Source: Opitutia bacterium KCR 482 (GTDB lineage: Bacteria; Verrucomicrobiota; Verrucomicrobiia; Opitutales; Intestinicryptomonadaceae). From it: a stretch of 32,000 nt of DNA. Below the pieces are notes generated by a model that saw nothing but the letters and a program-made list of their open reading frames with translations, was not told where the DNA came from and searched no databases. Shown one piece after another: positions 24,480 to 32,000 of this stretch. How positions within the stretch are numbered: position 1 is the first letter of the stretch; every line of letters begins with the position of its first letter. The translations under genes were made by a program, and so were the position numbers. The DNA lies in NCBI GenBank assembly GCA_029269845.2, contig CP149973.1:720001-752000 (forward strand), written 5' to 3'.

Positions 24480-25708
24480 TGGCGGACAAATTCTACATGA
24501 TGGGCGTTTGCGGAATGGGCATGGCTCCCCTTGCCGCGTTTCTCAAAGACGGCGGCGCGGACGTGGAGGGCTTCGACCACTCGCCGAATTTCGACGTGAA
24601 AAGCGCGCTCGAAAAATGCGGCGTGGAATTCGAAAATCCGCACAGGATCGAGCCCGACAGGAGGGTCGTAATCAGCACAGCCCTTGCGCGCCGAGTCGGC
24701 GAAATCAGGGCGGCGACGGGCTGCGACGAAATAATCAGGCGCGGAGAGTGCTGGGCGGAGCTTTGCGCCGACCGCAGGCTGACGGCGGTCGTCGGCAGCC
24801 ACGGCAAAAGCACGGTGAGCGCGCTGATTGCCCACGCCGCGCGGAAACTCGGGCTTGACTGCGGATACCTCGTGGGGGCAGTCCCCGTAGATTTTCCCAT
24901 GCACAGATACTGCGGGAAAGGCGGAATCGTGGTCTCTGAAATCGACGAAAGCGACGGCACAATAGAGAGGTTTTCGCCCGAAATAACCGTCGCGCTCAAC
25001 GCCGACCTCGACCACACCGACACTTACGCCGACACTTCGCGCCTCGAAGAAATGTTCGAAAGGCTCTTTGCGCGCACGAAAAAAACCGTAATCTACCCGA
25101 AGGGCGACGCGCTGCTCGAACGCGTCGCGGCGCGGTCTAAATCGCCGTGCCGCGCGGTCGAAACCGGGACTGAATTCACGCAAATCAACCGCGCGATGGC
25201 AACGGCGGCGGTCGAGGAGACTTTCGCAATAAAAATCGACACGTCGGTTTTCGACGACTACAAAGGGCTTCTGCGCAGACAGGAAACCCTGCTCGACACC
25301 CCGCGCCTGCGGGTCGTCGCCGACTACGCGCACCACCCCAACGAAGTGAAGTCTTTTCTCGGCTGGTTCTGCAAAAAATACGGCGGCGACAGAATCGTGG
25401 CGTTCCAGCCGCACAGGTACACGCGCACGCGCAGGTTCGCCGCCGACTTCGCGCGGATTCTCGACGAACGCGCAGACGACGCCGAAATTTTCCTGCTGCC
25501 CGTCTACCCCGCGAGCGAGCCTTTCGACCCCCTCGGAGAAAGCTCCGCCATCGCCGAAAAATCGACGCGCATTAAGCTTGCGAAACCCGAAGAATTTTTC
25601 AAAATCGTTGCGGACAAAATCAAAAGTGTCGACGCCCGAAAAACGAACGTCGCGATAGTCGGCGCGGGCGATTTCTACTTTTCGGCAAAGGAATTTTTCA
25701 GACAATGA
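24479..25708 (+). CDS. murC: UDP-MurNAc:L-alanine ligase (MurC-like, compact, ~409 aa)
   Basis: Inside track ORF 24134..25708. The start is the ATG at 24479 (MADKFYMMGVCGMGMAPLAAFL...), with a TAATG overlap with murG. It has the GSHGKST P-loop, DESDGT and DYAHHPNE. It is shorter than typical MurC, so a Mpl-like ligase cannot be excluded by eye. Confidence 0.8.
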   Translation: MADKFYMMGVCGMGMAPLAAFLKDGGADVEGFDHSPNFDVKSALEKCGVEFENPHRIEPDRRVVISTALARRVGEIRAATGCDEIIRRGECWAELCADRRLTAVVGSHGKSTVSALIAHAARKLGLDCGYLVGAVPVDFPMHRYCGKGGIVVSEIDESDGTIERFSPEITVALNADLDHTDTYADTSRLEEMFERLFARTKKTVIYPKGDALLERVAARSKSPCRAVETGTEFTQINRAMATAAVEETFAIKIDTSVFDDYKGLLRRQETLLDTPRLRVVADYAHHPNEVKSFLGWFCKKYGGDRIVAFQPHRYTRTRRFAADFARILDERADDAEIFLLPVYPASEPFDPLGESSAIAEKSTRIKLAKPEEFFKIVADKIKSVDARKTNVAIVGAGDFYFSAKEFFRQ

Positions 25709-26616
25709 AACAAAAATTGGCAGTTTTCTGCGGGGGCATCTCCCCCGAACGCGACGTGTCGCTTGTGAGCGGCAAAAACGTTTTCGACGCGCTCAAAGAC
25801 AAATTCGACGCCGTACTCGTGCGGCTCGACGAAAACAAACTCCCCGACGGGCCGAACCCCGCCGACACCGTAATATACCCCGCAATGCACGGCGACTACG
25901 GCGAGGACGGCACGCTCCAAGAACAGCTCGAAGCCGCGGGGTTCTCTTACGCGGGCTGCGGGCCGCTGTCGAGCCGAGTCTGCATGGTAAAACCCGCGGC
26001 AAAGGCGGTGCTCAAATTCGCGGGGCTTCCGACGGCGCGGGCAATCGAGTTTTCCGCGGACGACAAGCCCTCGGCGGAAACGCTCTTCGAACTCTTCCCG
26101 AACGGCTCAATCGTAAAGCCCGCCGACAAGGGCAGCAGCGTGGGGCTGATAACGGTGAAGACCCCCGCCGACGCCGAAGCGGGGCTTAAAACCATTTCCG
26201 AAGGCCAGTGGCTTGCGGAGGAATTCCGCAGGGGGCGCGAATTTTCGATAGGCGTAATCTACGGCAAGGCGGCGGGCGTTGTGGAAATCAGCCCCGAGGG
26301 CGGCGTGTACGACTTCAAGCGCAAATACACTGCGGGCAGCACGCATTACGACTTCCCCGCAAAAATCTCCGACGCTTTCGCTTCCGCCATGCGCGACGCC
26401 GCCGAAAGGGCTTTCGCCGCGTGCGGCTGCCGCGACTTCGCGAGGGTGGACTTCATCGGCAACGACGAGTCAGACTTCGTTATTCTGGAAATCAACACGC
26501 TCCCCGGAATGACCCCCACAAGCCTCCTGCCCAAAAGCGCAAGCTGCGTCGGCTACGACTTCAAATCGCTCTGCGAAAAACTCGCCGAGGGGGCTGTTTC
26601 GAGACTCCGCAAATAA
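25705..26616 (+). CDS. ddl: D-alanine--D-alanine ligase
   Basis: MKQKLAVFCGGISPERDVSLVSG..., HGDYGEDGTLQ, SSVG and EINTLPGMT. ATGA overlap with murC. 303 aa. Confidence 0.88.
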   Translation: MKQKLAVFCGGISPERDVSLVSGKNVFDALKDKFDAVLVRLDENKLPDGPNPADTVIYPAMHGDYGEDGTLQEQLEAAGFSYAGCGPLSSRVCMVKPAAKAVLKFAGLPTARAIEFSADDKPSAETLFELFPNGSIVKPADKGSSVGLITVKTPADAEAGLKTISEGQWLAEEFRRGREFSIGVIYGKAAGVVEISPEGGVYDFKRKYTAGSTHYDFPAKISDAFASAMRDAAERAFAACGCRDFARVDFIGNDESDFVILEINTLPGMTPTSLLPKSASCVGYDFKSLCEKLAEGAVSRLRK

Positions 26617-27521
26617 TGCCCAAAAAACGCACAACAGACTCCGCCGATTGGACGTCCCTCAAAAGCGGAATGTCGAAGAAAAGCTCGCGCAGCAAGCCGA
26701 TTTCGTGGCGCGCGCTCGGCCGCCGCGTCTGGGTCTGGACAAAGCGCGTTTGCGCCGTAGCCGCGCTCGTCGGGATAGTATGGGGCGGAATCGAGCTTTA
26801 CAGAAACTCGTATTTCGACGACTTCTTCGGCGGCGAAAGCAAGCCGATAAGCCGACTCGAATTCAAGACCGACGGCGCGATAACGGGCGCGTGGCTCAAC
26901 GGCTACCTGAAAATCAGGCGCGGCACGAAGCTTGCGGACGTCAATATTTTCGCGATAAAGCAGTCGCTCGACGCGATGTCGCAAATCAAAAGCTCGAAAG
27001 TCGAAAGGCTCTACCCCGACGTTCTGCGCATCACGATTTCGGAGCGCGCGCCGATTGCGAAAGTCTCGCGAAAGGTGGACTTCCAGACGCGCGTGTTTTT
27101 GATGGACTCCGACGGCGCGTTCTTCTCGCCCGTGTGCATTTCGGACGATAAGATAAAATCGCTGAAAACGGTAGCGGGGATAGCCACCAAGTTTGCGGGC
27201 AACGCCCCCGCGCCCTACGGGCTTGCGCAAAAGCTCGAAGAATTTTTGAACGCCACGAAAGCCCGCGTCCCCGAAATCTACGGCTCGTGGGTGTCGGTCG
27301 ACGTGTCGCAGCTCGGCAGCCGCACGCTCCCGCTCATAACCGCAACCGCCGCCGACGGCGCGAAATACGTTTTCAAGCCCTCCGAATATCCCCGCCAACT
27401 CGACAGGCTGGAATACATAATGAAATACATGAGGGAAAACCCGACAAACAAAGCCGAGAAAATAGACCTCACGCTCGAAGAGTGGTCGGTCGTAAAATTC
27501 GAAACACCGAAATCGAAATGA
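26616..27521 (+). CDS. ftsQ: cell-division protein FtsQ (POTRA-containing)
   Basis: Inside track ORF 26208..27521. The start is the ATG at 26616 (TAATG overlap with ddl). It has a basic cytoplasmic N-terminus, one TM segment (VCAVAALVGIVWGGIEL) and a POTRA-like segment (VNIFAIKQSLDAMSQIKSSKVERLYPDVLRITISERAPIAKV). Canonical position. Confidence 0.8.
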   Translation: MPKKRTTDSADWTSLKSGMSKKSSRSKPISWRALGRRVWVWTKRVCAVAALVGIVWGGIELYRNSYFDDFFGGESKPISRLEFKTDGAITGAWLNGYLKIRRGTKLADVNIFAIKQSLDAMSQIKSSKVERLYPDVLRITISERAPIAKVSRKVDFQTRVFLMDSDGAFFSPVCISDDKIKSLKTVAGIATKFAGNAPAPYGLAQKLEEFLNATKARVPEIYGSWVSVDVSQLGSRTLPLITATAADGAKYVFKPSEYPRQLDRLEYIMKYMRENPTNKAEKIDLTLEEWSVVKFETPKSK

Positions 27522-28708
27522 GCAAAAGCAAGACAATAGCCGCGCTTGAAATAGGAACGGGAAAGATGCAGGTTTTCCTCGGCGAAATAGTCGACGGCAA
27601 AATGCTCAACATAGTCGGAAGCGGTCAGGCGACGACCGCGGGCGTCAAAAAGGCGGACATCTGCGACGTGGTGAAGGCGGCGGCGCAGGCGCAGGCGGCA
27701 ATCGTCATGGCGGAGCATTCGGGCGACACGCCGATAAAGTCGGTGTGTCTGGGAATCAGCGGAACGCACATCAGGGGTTTTAGGAATACGGGTTCGGCGA
27801 ACGTATCCGGCGCGGACGGAATAGTCCGCCGCGAAGACCTGCAACGGGCAATCGACGACGCGCGGGGGAAGTCGCTCGCCGACGGTAGAACCTACATTCA
27901 GCGCATTTGCAGCGGCTACTTCCTCGACGGCAAATACTGCGCCGACCCAGTGGGAGAAAAGGCGGAGCACATCGAAGTGTCTTACTGGATGCTCCACGGC
28001 GACCGCGAGAAAATCACCGACGCCCTGCATGTGGTGCAGAGCTTCGGGCTTGAAGTGGAATACCTCGTGTTTTCGGGAATCGCGTCGGGATATGTCGTAA
28101 GCGACGCAAAGCAGAAGGAAAACGGCGTGCTCGTGGTAGACATCGGCTGCGGTACGAGCGACTACGCCTACTTCAAGCACGGCAAACCCGTCTTCGCGGG
28201 CGTAATCCCAATCGGCGGCGACCACATCACAAACGACCTCTCGTTCGGCCTGCGCCTGAGCCGCAAAGACTCGGAGCGCATTAAAATCCACTGCGGAAAG
28301 GCGACGATTACCGAAGACGAAAAATCGCAACAGTTCTGGAACATCGGCAACAAGCAAATCGGCGACAAGAAAATCCCGATGGACGCAATCAACCGCATTA
28401 TCCGCGCGCGCCTCGAAGAGCTTTTCACGCTCCTGCGCGACGAATGCGCCGAGCACATGCCCGAATACGCCGAACTCAACGAATGCGTCATCACGGGCGG
28501 CACGGCGAACCTCGCGGGAATCTGCGAGCTTGCCTCGGCGGTGCTCGAAGTGCCGTGCTCGAAAGGCAAATTCGGCGGCGCGTTGCAGCCGTCGCTGAGG
28601 TATCAGGAATTTGCGACCGCACTCGGACTCCTCGAACACGCCCGAATGGAGGAGGAAAAATCGGCGCGGAAAAAGACGGGCTGGCTCTCAACACTTTTCA
28701 ATTTCTGA
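27518..28708 (+). CDS. ftsA: cell-division protein FtsA
   Basis: Inside track ORF 27287..28708. The start is the ATG at 27518 (ATGA overlap with ftsQ). Actin-fold motifs are ALEIGTGKM, VVDIGCGTSD and ITGGTANLAG. The C-terminus has an amphipathic tail KKTGWLSTLFNF. Confidence 0.9.
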   Translation: MSKSKTIAALEIGTGKMQVFLGEIVDGKMLNIVGSGQATTAGVKKADICDVVKAAAQAQAAIVMAEHSGDTPIKSVCLGISGTHIRGFRNTGSANVSGADGIVRREDLQRAIDDARGKSLADGRTYIQRICSGYFLDGKYCADPVGEKAEHIEVSYWMLHGDREKITDALHVVQSFGLEVEYLVFSGIASGYVVSDAKQKENGVLVVDIGCGTSDYAYFKHGKPVFAGVIPIGGDHITNDLSFGLRLSRKDSERIKIHCGKATITEDEKSQQFWNIGNKQIGDKKIPMDAINRIIRARLEELFTLLRDECAEHMPEYAELNECVITGGTANLAGICELASAVLEVPCSKGKFGGALQPSLRYQEFATALGLLEHARMEEEKSARKKTGWLSTLFNF

Positions 28709-28709
28709 C

Positions 28710-30089
28710 ATGCTTGCAACTTCACAAATAAAAATCGCGGGCGTCGGCGGCGCGGGAATCGCCGTGCTCAACGACCTCGCGCCCGAACTCCCCGCGGGCG
28801 TCGCAACGGCGGCGGTCGATACCGACGCGGCGGCGGTGGAAGGCTCGGCGGCTTCCGTCAAAATCGCGCTGATTGAAAACGGCGAGGGTTCGGGGGCCGA
28901 CACAATGGCGGCAAAAGAGGCGGCAGTCGCGCACGCAAAAGAGCTTGAAACGCTCGCCGACGGCGCAAGGCTGCTCGTGCTTCTGGCGGGGCTTGGCGGA
29001 GGCACGGGAAGCGTAGTCGCCCCCATGATTTCGAAAATCGCCGCGCAAACCCCCGACTGCGCCGTGTTCGCGTTTTCGGTTCTGCCGCTCTCGGTCGAAG
29101 GCTCGCAAAGGCAGACGCTTGCGTTCAGGGCGCAAAACTATTTGGCAAAGCACTGCCGCGCGGCGTTCGCGCTGCCCAACGACCTTATCCTTGCGCGGCT
29201 GAACGCGCCGATTGCCGAGGCGTTCGCGGCGGCAAACGCAAACGTGGTTTCGGCGGCGGCCTCTCTCGTAAAAATGCTCTCGGCAAGGGGAATTGTGAAC
29301 GTGGACTTCCCGACGCTTTCGAAAGTATTTCCGAAAAGGGAGGACGCCCGCGCGTTTGTGGCGTACGGCACGGGCGCCGGCGATGACGCTGTGGCGCGGG
29401 CGGTCGCCGAGCTTTCGAAATCGCCCATGCTGCCCGACGGCGCGAAGCCCGAATCGCTCGTTTTGAGCCTGCGCTGCGGAAAAAATTTCGAGATGAACAA
29501 AATGCAAATGCTTCTCGAAAGCGTCTCCGACGCATTCGGCAGACCCGAAAGAATGGCGTTCGGAGCGGCGGCGGAAGACGCGTTTTCCGACAACATCGAA
29601 GTCTGTGTAATGGGCCCGTGCCCGTCCGCGCCAAAGCCCGCGGCGGAGACAAAACCCGTACAGCCCGCGGCGCAGCCCGCAGCCCAAACGGCGGCGGAAG
29701 CCGAAGCCGAGCAACCCGCCTCCCCCGCGCCAGCGCAAAGCGCGGCGGCGGAAGAACGGGCTTCCGACGACGTGTCGATGCCAGAAGCAAAGGACGATAC
29801 CATCACATCGAACGAAAAGGTCGAAGTTGCTGCGCCCCTTGCAAGCGCGGCGGCAAACACGCCCGCCCCCGTGCCCGCCGAACCCGAAGAGAAAGGCAGA
29901 AAGTCGTTTTTCGGCTTCGGGCGCAAAAAGAAAAAAGCCCCCGAATCTCCCAAGACGCAGACGGAATTCGAATTCATGGAGCTTTCGCAACAGCGCGGAT
30001 TCTTTCAGGACACGCCGCCGAATATCCGCAACGGCGTTGACTTGGACGTGCCGACCTACATGCGCAAGGGCATAAAAATAGTCCTCTAA
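28710..30089 (+). CDS. ftsZ: divergent FtsZ (tubulin-like GTPase) with a long Pro/Ala/Glu linker and conserved C-terminal peptide
   Basis: Inside track ORF 28611..30089. The start is the ATG at 28710 (MLATSQIKIAGVGGAGIAV...). The tubulin signature reads GGGTGSV, followed by LPND and NVDFPT (T7 region). The C-terminal DLDVPTYMRKG resembles the FtsA/ZipA-binding peptide D-I-P-x-F-L-R-K. Canonical terminal position of the dcw cluster. Confidence 0.85.
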   Translation: MLATSQIKIAGVGGAGIAVLNDLAPELPAGVATAAVDTDAAAVEGSAASVKIALIENGEGSGADTMAAKEAAVAHAKELETLADGARLLVLLAGLGGGTGSVVAPMISKIAAQTPDCAVFAFSVLPLSVEGSQRQTLAFRAQNYLAKHCRAAFALPNDLILARLNAPIAEAFAAANANVVSAAASLVKMLSARGIVNVDFPTLSKVFPKREDARAFVAYGTGAGDDAVARAVAELSKSPMLPDGAKPESLVLSLRCGKNFEMNKMQMLLESVSDAFGRPERMAFGAAAEDAFSDNIEVCVMGPCPSAPKPAAETKPVQPAAQPAAQTAAEAEAEQPASPAPAQSAAAEERASDDVSMPEAKDDTITSNEKVEVAAPLASAAANTPAPVPAEPEEKGRKSFFGFGRKKKKAPESPKTQTEFEFMELSQQRGFFQDTPPNIRNGVDLDVPTYMRKGIKIVL

Positions 30090-30200
30090 CGCGGCAAAAA
30101 TTCAGAACCGAACGCGGCGGCAAACCCCGCTTTCGGCTTCCCCGCGGTGCGCGGGCGTTTGAAAATTTTTGCGCCGAAGCGTGAAATTTCAAAAGACACA

Positions 30201-30230
30201 AGCCCCGCGATTCGGAAAAATCGCGGGGCT
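30201..30230. terminator. strong hairpin between convergent ftsZ and nagB (likely terminator, better U-tract on the minus strand)
   Basis: agccccgcga (30201-30210) pairs with tcgcggggct (30221-30230). On the minus strand the stem is followed by tgtgtcttttgaaattt. A second 8-bp GC hairpin, gcggcgcg-gggaga-cgcgccgc, lies at about 30253-30274. Confidence 0.55.
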
Positions 30231-30293
30231 TGCCTGCTATTATACTATGAGTCGGCGCGGGGAGACGCGCCGCATTTATCTATCGAGGGAAAT

Positions 30294-31076
30294 TTACGCT
30301 TCGGGAAACGGCTTGCGCTCGGCAACCCATTTGTAGTAGTCGCGCAGTTTCAGCTTCGACGCCGCGGCTTCGTCGAGAAACACCTTTGTGTTGGGGTGCA
30401 TTTGCAAAACCGACGCGGGCACCATCGAAGTTATCGCGCCCTCCGCCATGGCGGCGACCGCCTCCGCCTTAGACTCTCCGAACGCGAGCATGACGATTGT
30501 CTCCGCCTCCATGATAGTGCCTACGCCCATCGTCAAAACATGCCTCGGAACGGAGTCGGGATTGCCTCCGAAAAACCGCGCGTTGTCGCGCACGGTCTCG
30601 CGCGTGAGCGTCTTCATGCGCGTGCGCGACGCAAGCGAAGACGACGGCTCGTTGAAGCCTATGTGGCCGTCGCCGCCGATTCCCAAAATTTGCAGTTCTA
30701 TTCCGCCCGCGTTTTTAATCGCCCTTTCGTACGCGGCGCACGCAAAGACGGGGTTTTCCGCAGTGCCGTCGGGTATGTGGGTGTCGGCGGGGTCGATGTC
30801 GATTTTGTCGAAAAAATTAGAGCGCATGTAGTAGGCGTAGGAGTTTTTGTCGTCCCGCCCAATTCCCACGTATTCGTCGAGGTTGAAGGAAACCGCCTTG
30901 GAAAAACTAAGCTCGCCGCTTTCGTACTTTTTGACGAGGTTCGCGTAGAGTCCGAGCGGTGTTTCGCCCGTCGCCAAACCGAGCACGATGCGCGGATTCC
31001 TCTTGACCGCGTTTGCAACGAAATCCGCGGCGGCGTCTCCCGCCGCAAGCCTGTCGGGGTATATGTTTATTTCCAT
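30294..31076 (-). CDS. nagB: glucosamine-6-phosphate deaminase
   Basis: Inside track ORF 30294..31550. The start is the ATG at 31076 (MEINIYPDRLAAGDAAADFV...). Motifs: LGLATGETP, FNLDEY and LGIGGDGHIGFNEP. 260 aa. Confidence 0.9.
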   Translation of the reverse strand: MEINIYPDRLAAGDAAADFVANAVKRNPRIVLGLATGETPLGLYANLVKKYESGELSFSKAVSFNLDEYVGIGRDDKNSYAYYMRSNFFDKIDIDPADTHIPDGTAENPVFACAAYERAIKNAGGIELQILGIGGDGHIGFNEPSSSLASRTRMKTLTRETVRDNARFFGGNPDSVPRHVLTMGVGTIMEAETIVMLAFGESKAEAVAAMAEGAITSMVPASVLQMHPNTKVFLDEAAASKLKLRDYYKWVAERKPFPEA

Positions 31077-31975
31077 AGCTGCTCCAAAAGTGTCGAGACC
31101 GATTCTTCCGCCGTGAGGATTTTCGAGGCAAACGCGGGCCTCCACGCCGCCCCGCGCCGCGCGAGCACGCGGTAGTTTTGCCCGAACGCGAACTTGGGGG
31201 CGTCGCCGCCCTGCCCTCCGACGATTTCCGCACCGCGGCGCACGTTGTCGGTAAAATACGAGACGAGGTTCAGGTGGTAGGGGTTGCGCTCGACCTCTTT
31301 TGTGTGGCACGAAAGCGCGCCCGTCATCGCCGCCAAAATTTCGGGCGAAACCTCCGAGAGCAGGTTCGGGTTCTCCATCGCCTGCCAGAGTTCGGTCTGA
31401 ATGTACACACCGCTCCACGACAGCGTTTTCAGCGCGTCGGAAACAAGCAGCGACGTTCCGATGTGCGACTTGTTCCAGTCGCGCGGGTGCGGCGCGAAGA
31501 CGACCGCGGGCTTTTTCCTTTCGATTAGCGCGGCGACTTTGCCGACGCATTCCGCCCAGTATTCAAGCTCGCCCGAACGCGTCTTTTTTGCAATGCGCTC
31601 GAAGCCGAAAACCGACATTCCCCAACCGAGGAAGTCGCAGGCGTCGGCAAGCTCCGCCTTGCGCGGTTTCTGCCGCGCCCTGTTCGAGCCGAGCGTTACA
31701 GCGGCGTCGATTACGTCGAAGCCGCATTCGGTCATGAAGCGAAGAGGCAGGGAGTTCATGCACTCGTCGTCGGGGTGCGGGGCGAAGATGAGGACGGTCG
31801 GTTTCAAGCCGATTTTCGAAAGTTTTGCGGCAAGGCGTTTGCGCTCGTCCAAGTCGGTCTTTACAAAGTCGGAGAGGCGTTTTCCGCCGAACGCCGCGGA
31901 TTTGCCCGTCTTGACGAGCTTTGCGGACTCGACGTTTTGGCGCACATTTTTAATAAACTCGAAATACGTTTTCAT
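31067..31975 (-). CDS. PIG-L/LmbE-family N-acetylglucosaminyl deacetylase-like protein
   Basis: 302 aa. VLIFAPHPDDE (the PIG-L metal-binding motif) and a second FAPHPRDWNKSH segment. The 3' end overlaps the nagB start by 10 nt, consistent with an operon. Confidence 0.75.
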   Translation of the reverse strand: MKTYFEFIKNVRQNVESAKLVKTGKSAAFGGKRLSDFVKTDLDERKRLAAKLSKIGLKPTVLIFAPHPDDECMNSLPLRFMTECGFDVIDAAVTLGSNRARQKPRKAELADACDFLGWGMSVFGFERIAKKTRSGELEYWAECVGKVAALIERKKPAVVFAPHPRDWNKSHIGTSLLVSDALKTLSWSGVYIQTELWQAMENPNLLSEVSPEILAAMTGALSCHTKEVERNPYHLNLVSYFTDNVRRGAEIVGGQGGDAPKFAFGQNYRVLARRGAAWRPAFASKILTAEESVSTLLEQLWK

Positions 31976-32000
31976 TGTTCCGAAACATAGGCGCGAGCGT

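Overview
GC-rich bacterial chromosomal segment made up almost entirely of housekeeping genes. I found no rRNA or tRNA genes, CRISPR array, transposase, integrase or recognisable defence genes. The centre (about 11.5-30.1 kb, + strand) is a complete, very tightly packed division/cell-wall (dcw) cluster: mraZ-rsmH-ftsL-ftsI-murE-murF-mraY-murD-[LysM protein]-ftsW-murG-murC-ddl-ftsQ-ftsA-ftsZ. Upstream lie a truncated secreted protein (-), gpmI (+), a ~965-bp non-coding gap containing a hairpin-rich repeat array, gpsA with a small coupled membrane ORF (-), an SGNH/GxDLY esterase (+), and two tandem paralogous outer-membrane porin-like genes (-). The porin genes are divergent from a translationally coupled PTS-EIIA(PtsN-like)/ClC-CBS channel pair (+). 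Downstream of ftsZ, convergent, is a PIG-L-family deacetylase overlapping nagB (-). The features most worth follow-up are: (i) the mosaic repeat array at 3.05-3.67 kb; (ii) the EIIA-ClC pair with non-canonical ClC filter motifs next to duplicated porins; (iii) the dcw peculiarities. The dcw peculiarities are five TGGNN boxes at 10-bp phasing in the mraZ leader, a ~70-aa poly-acidic tail on MurF, a LysM x3 membrane protein between murD and ftsW, and a divergent FtsZ with altered GTP-binding and T7 residues. The divergent FtsZ and gene order resemble PVC-group bacteria (Verrucomicrobia/Lentisphaerae), but taxonomy cannot be established from this window. Many long ORFs in the supplied track are antisense or out-of-frame artefacts of high GC content, and several true genes start well inside the track ORFs. 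All functional calls rest on motif recognition by eye; no database search was run.
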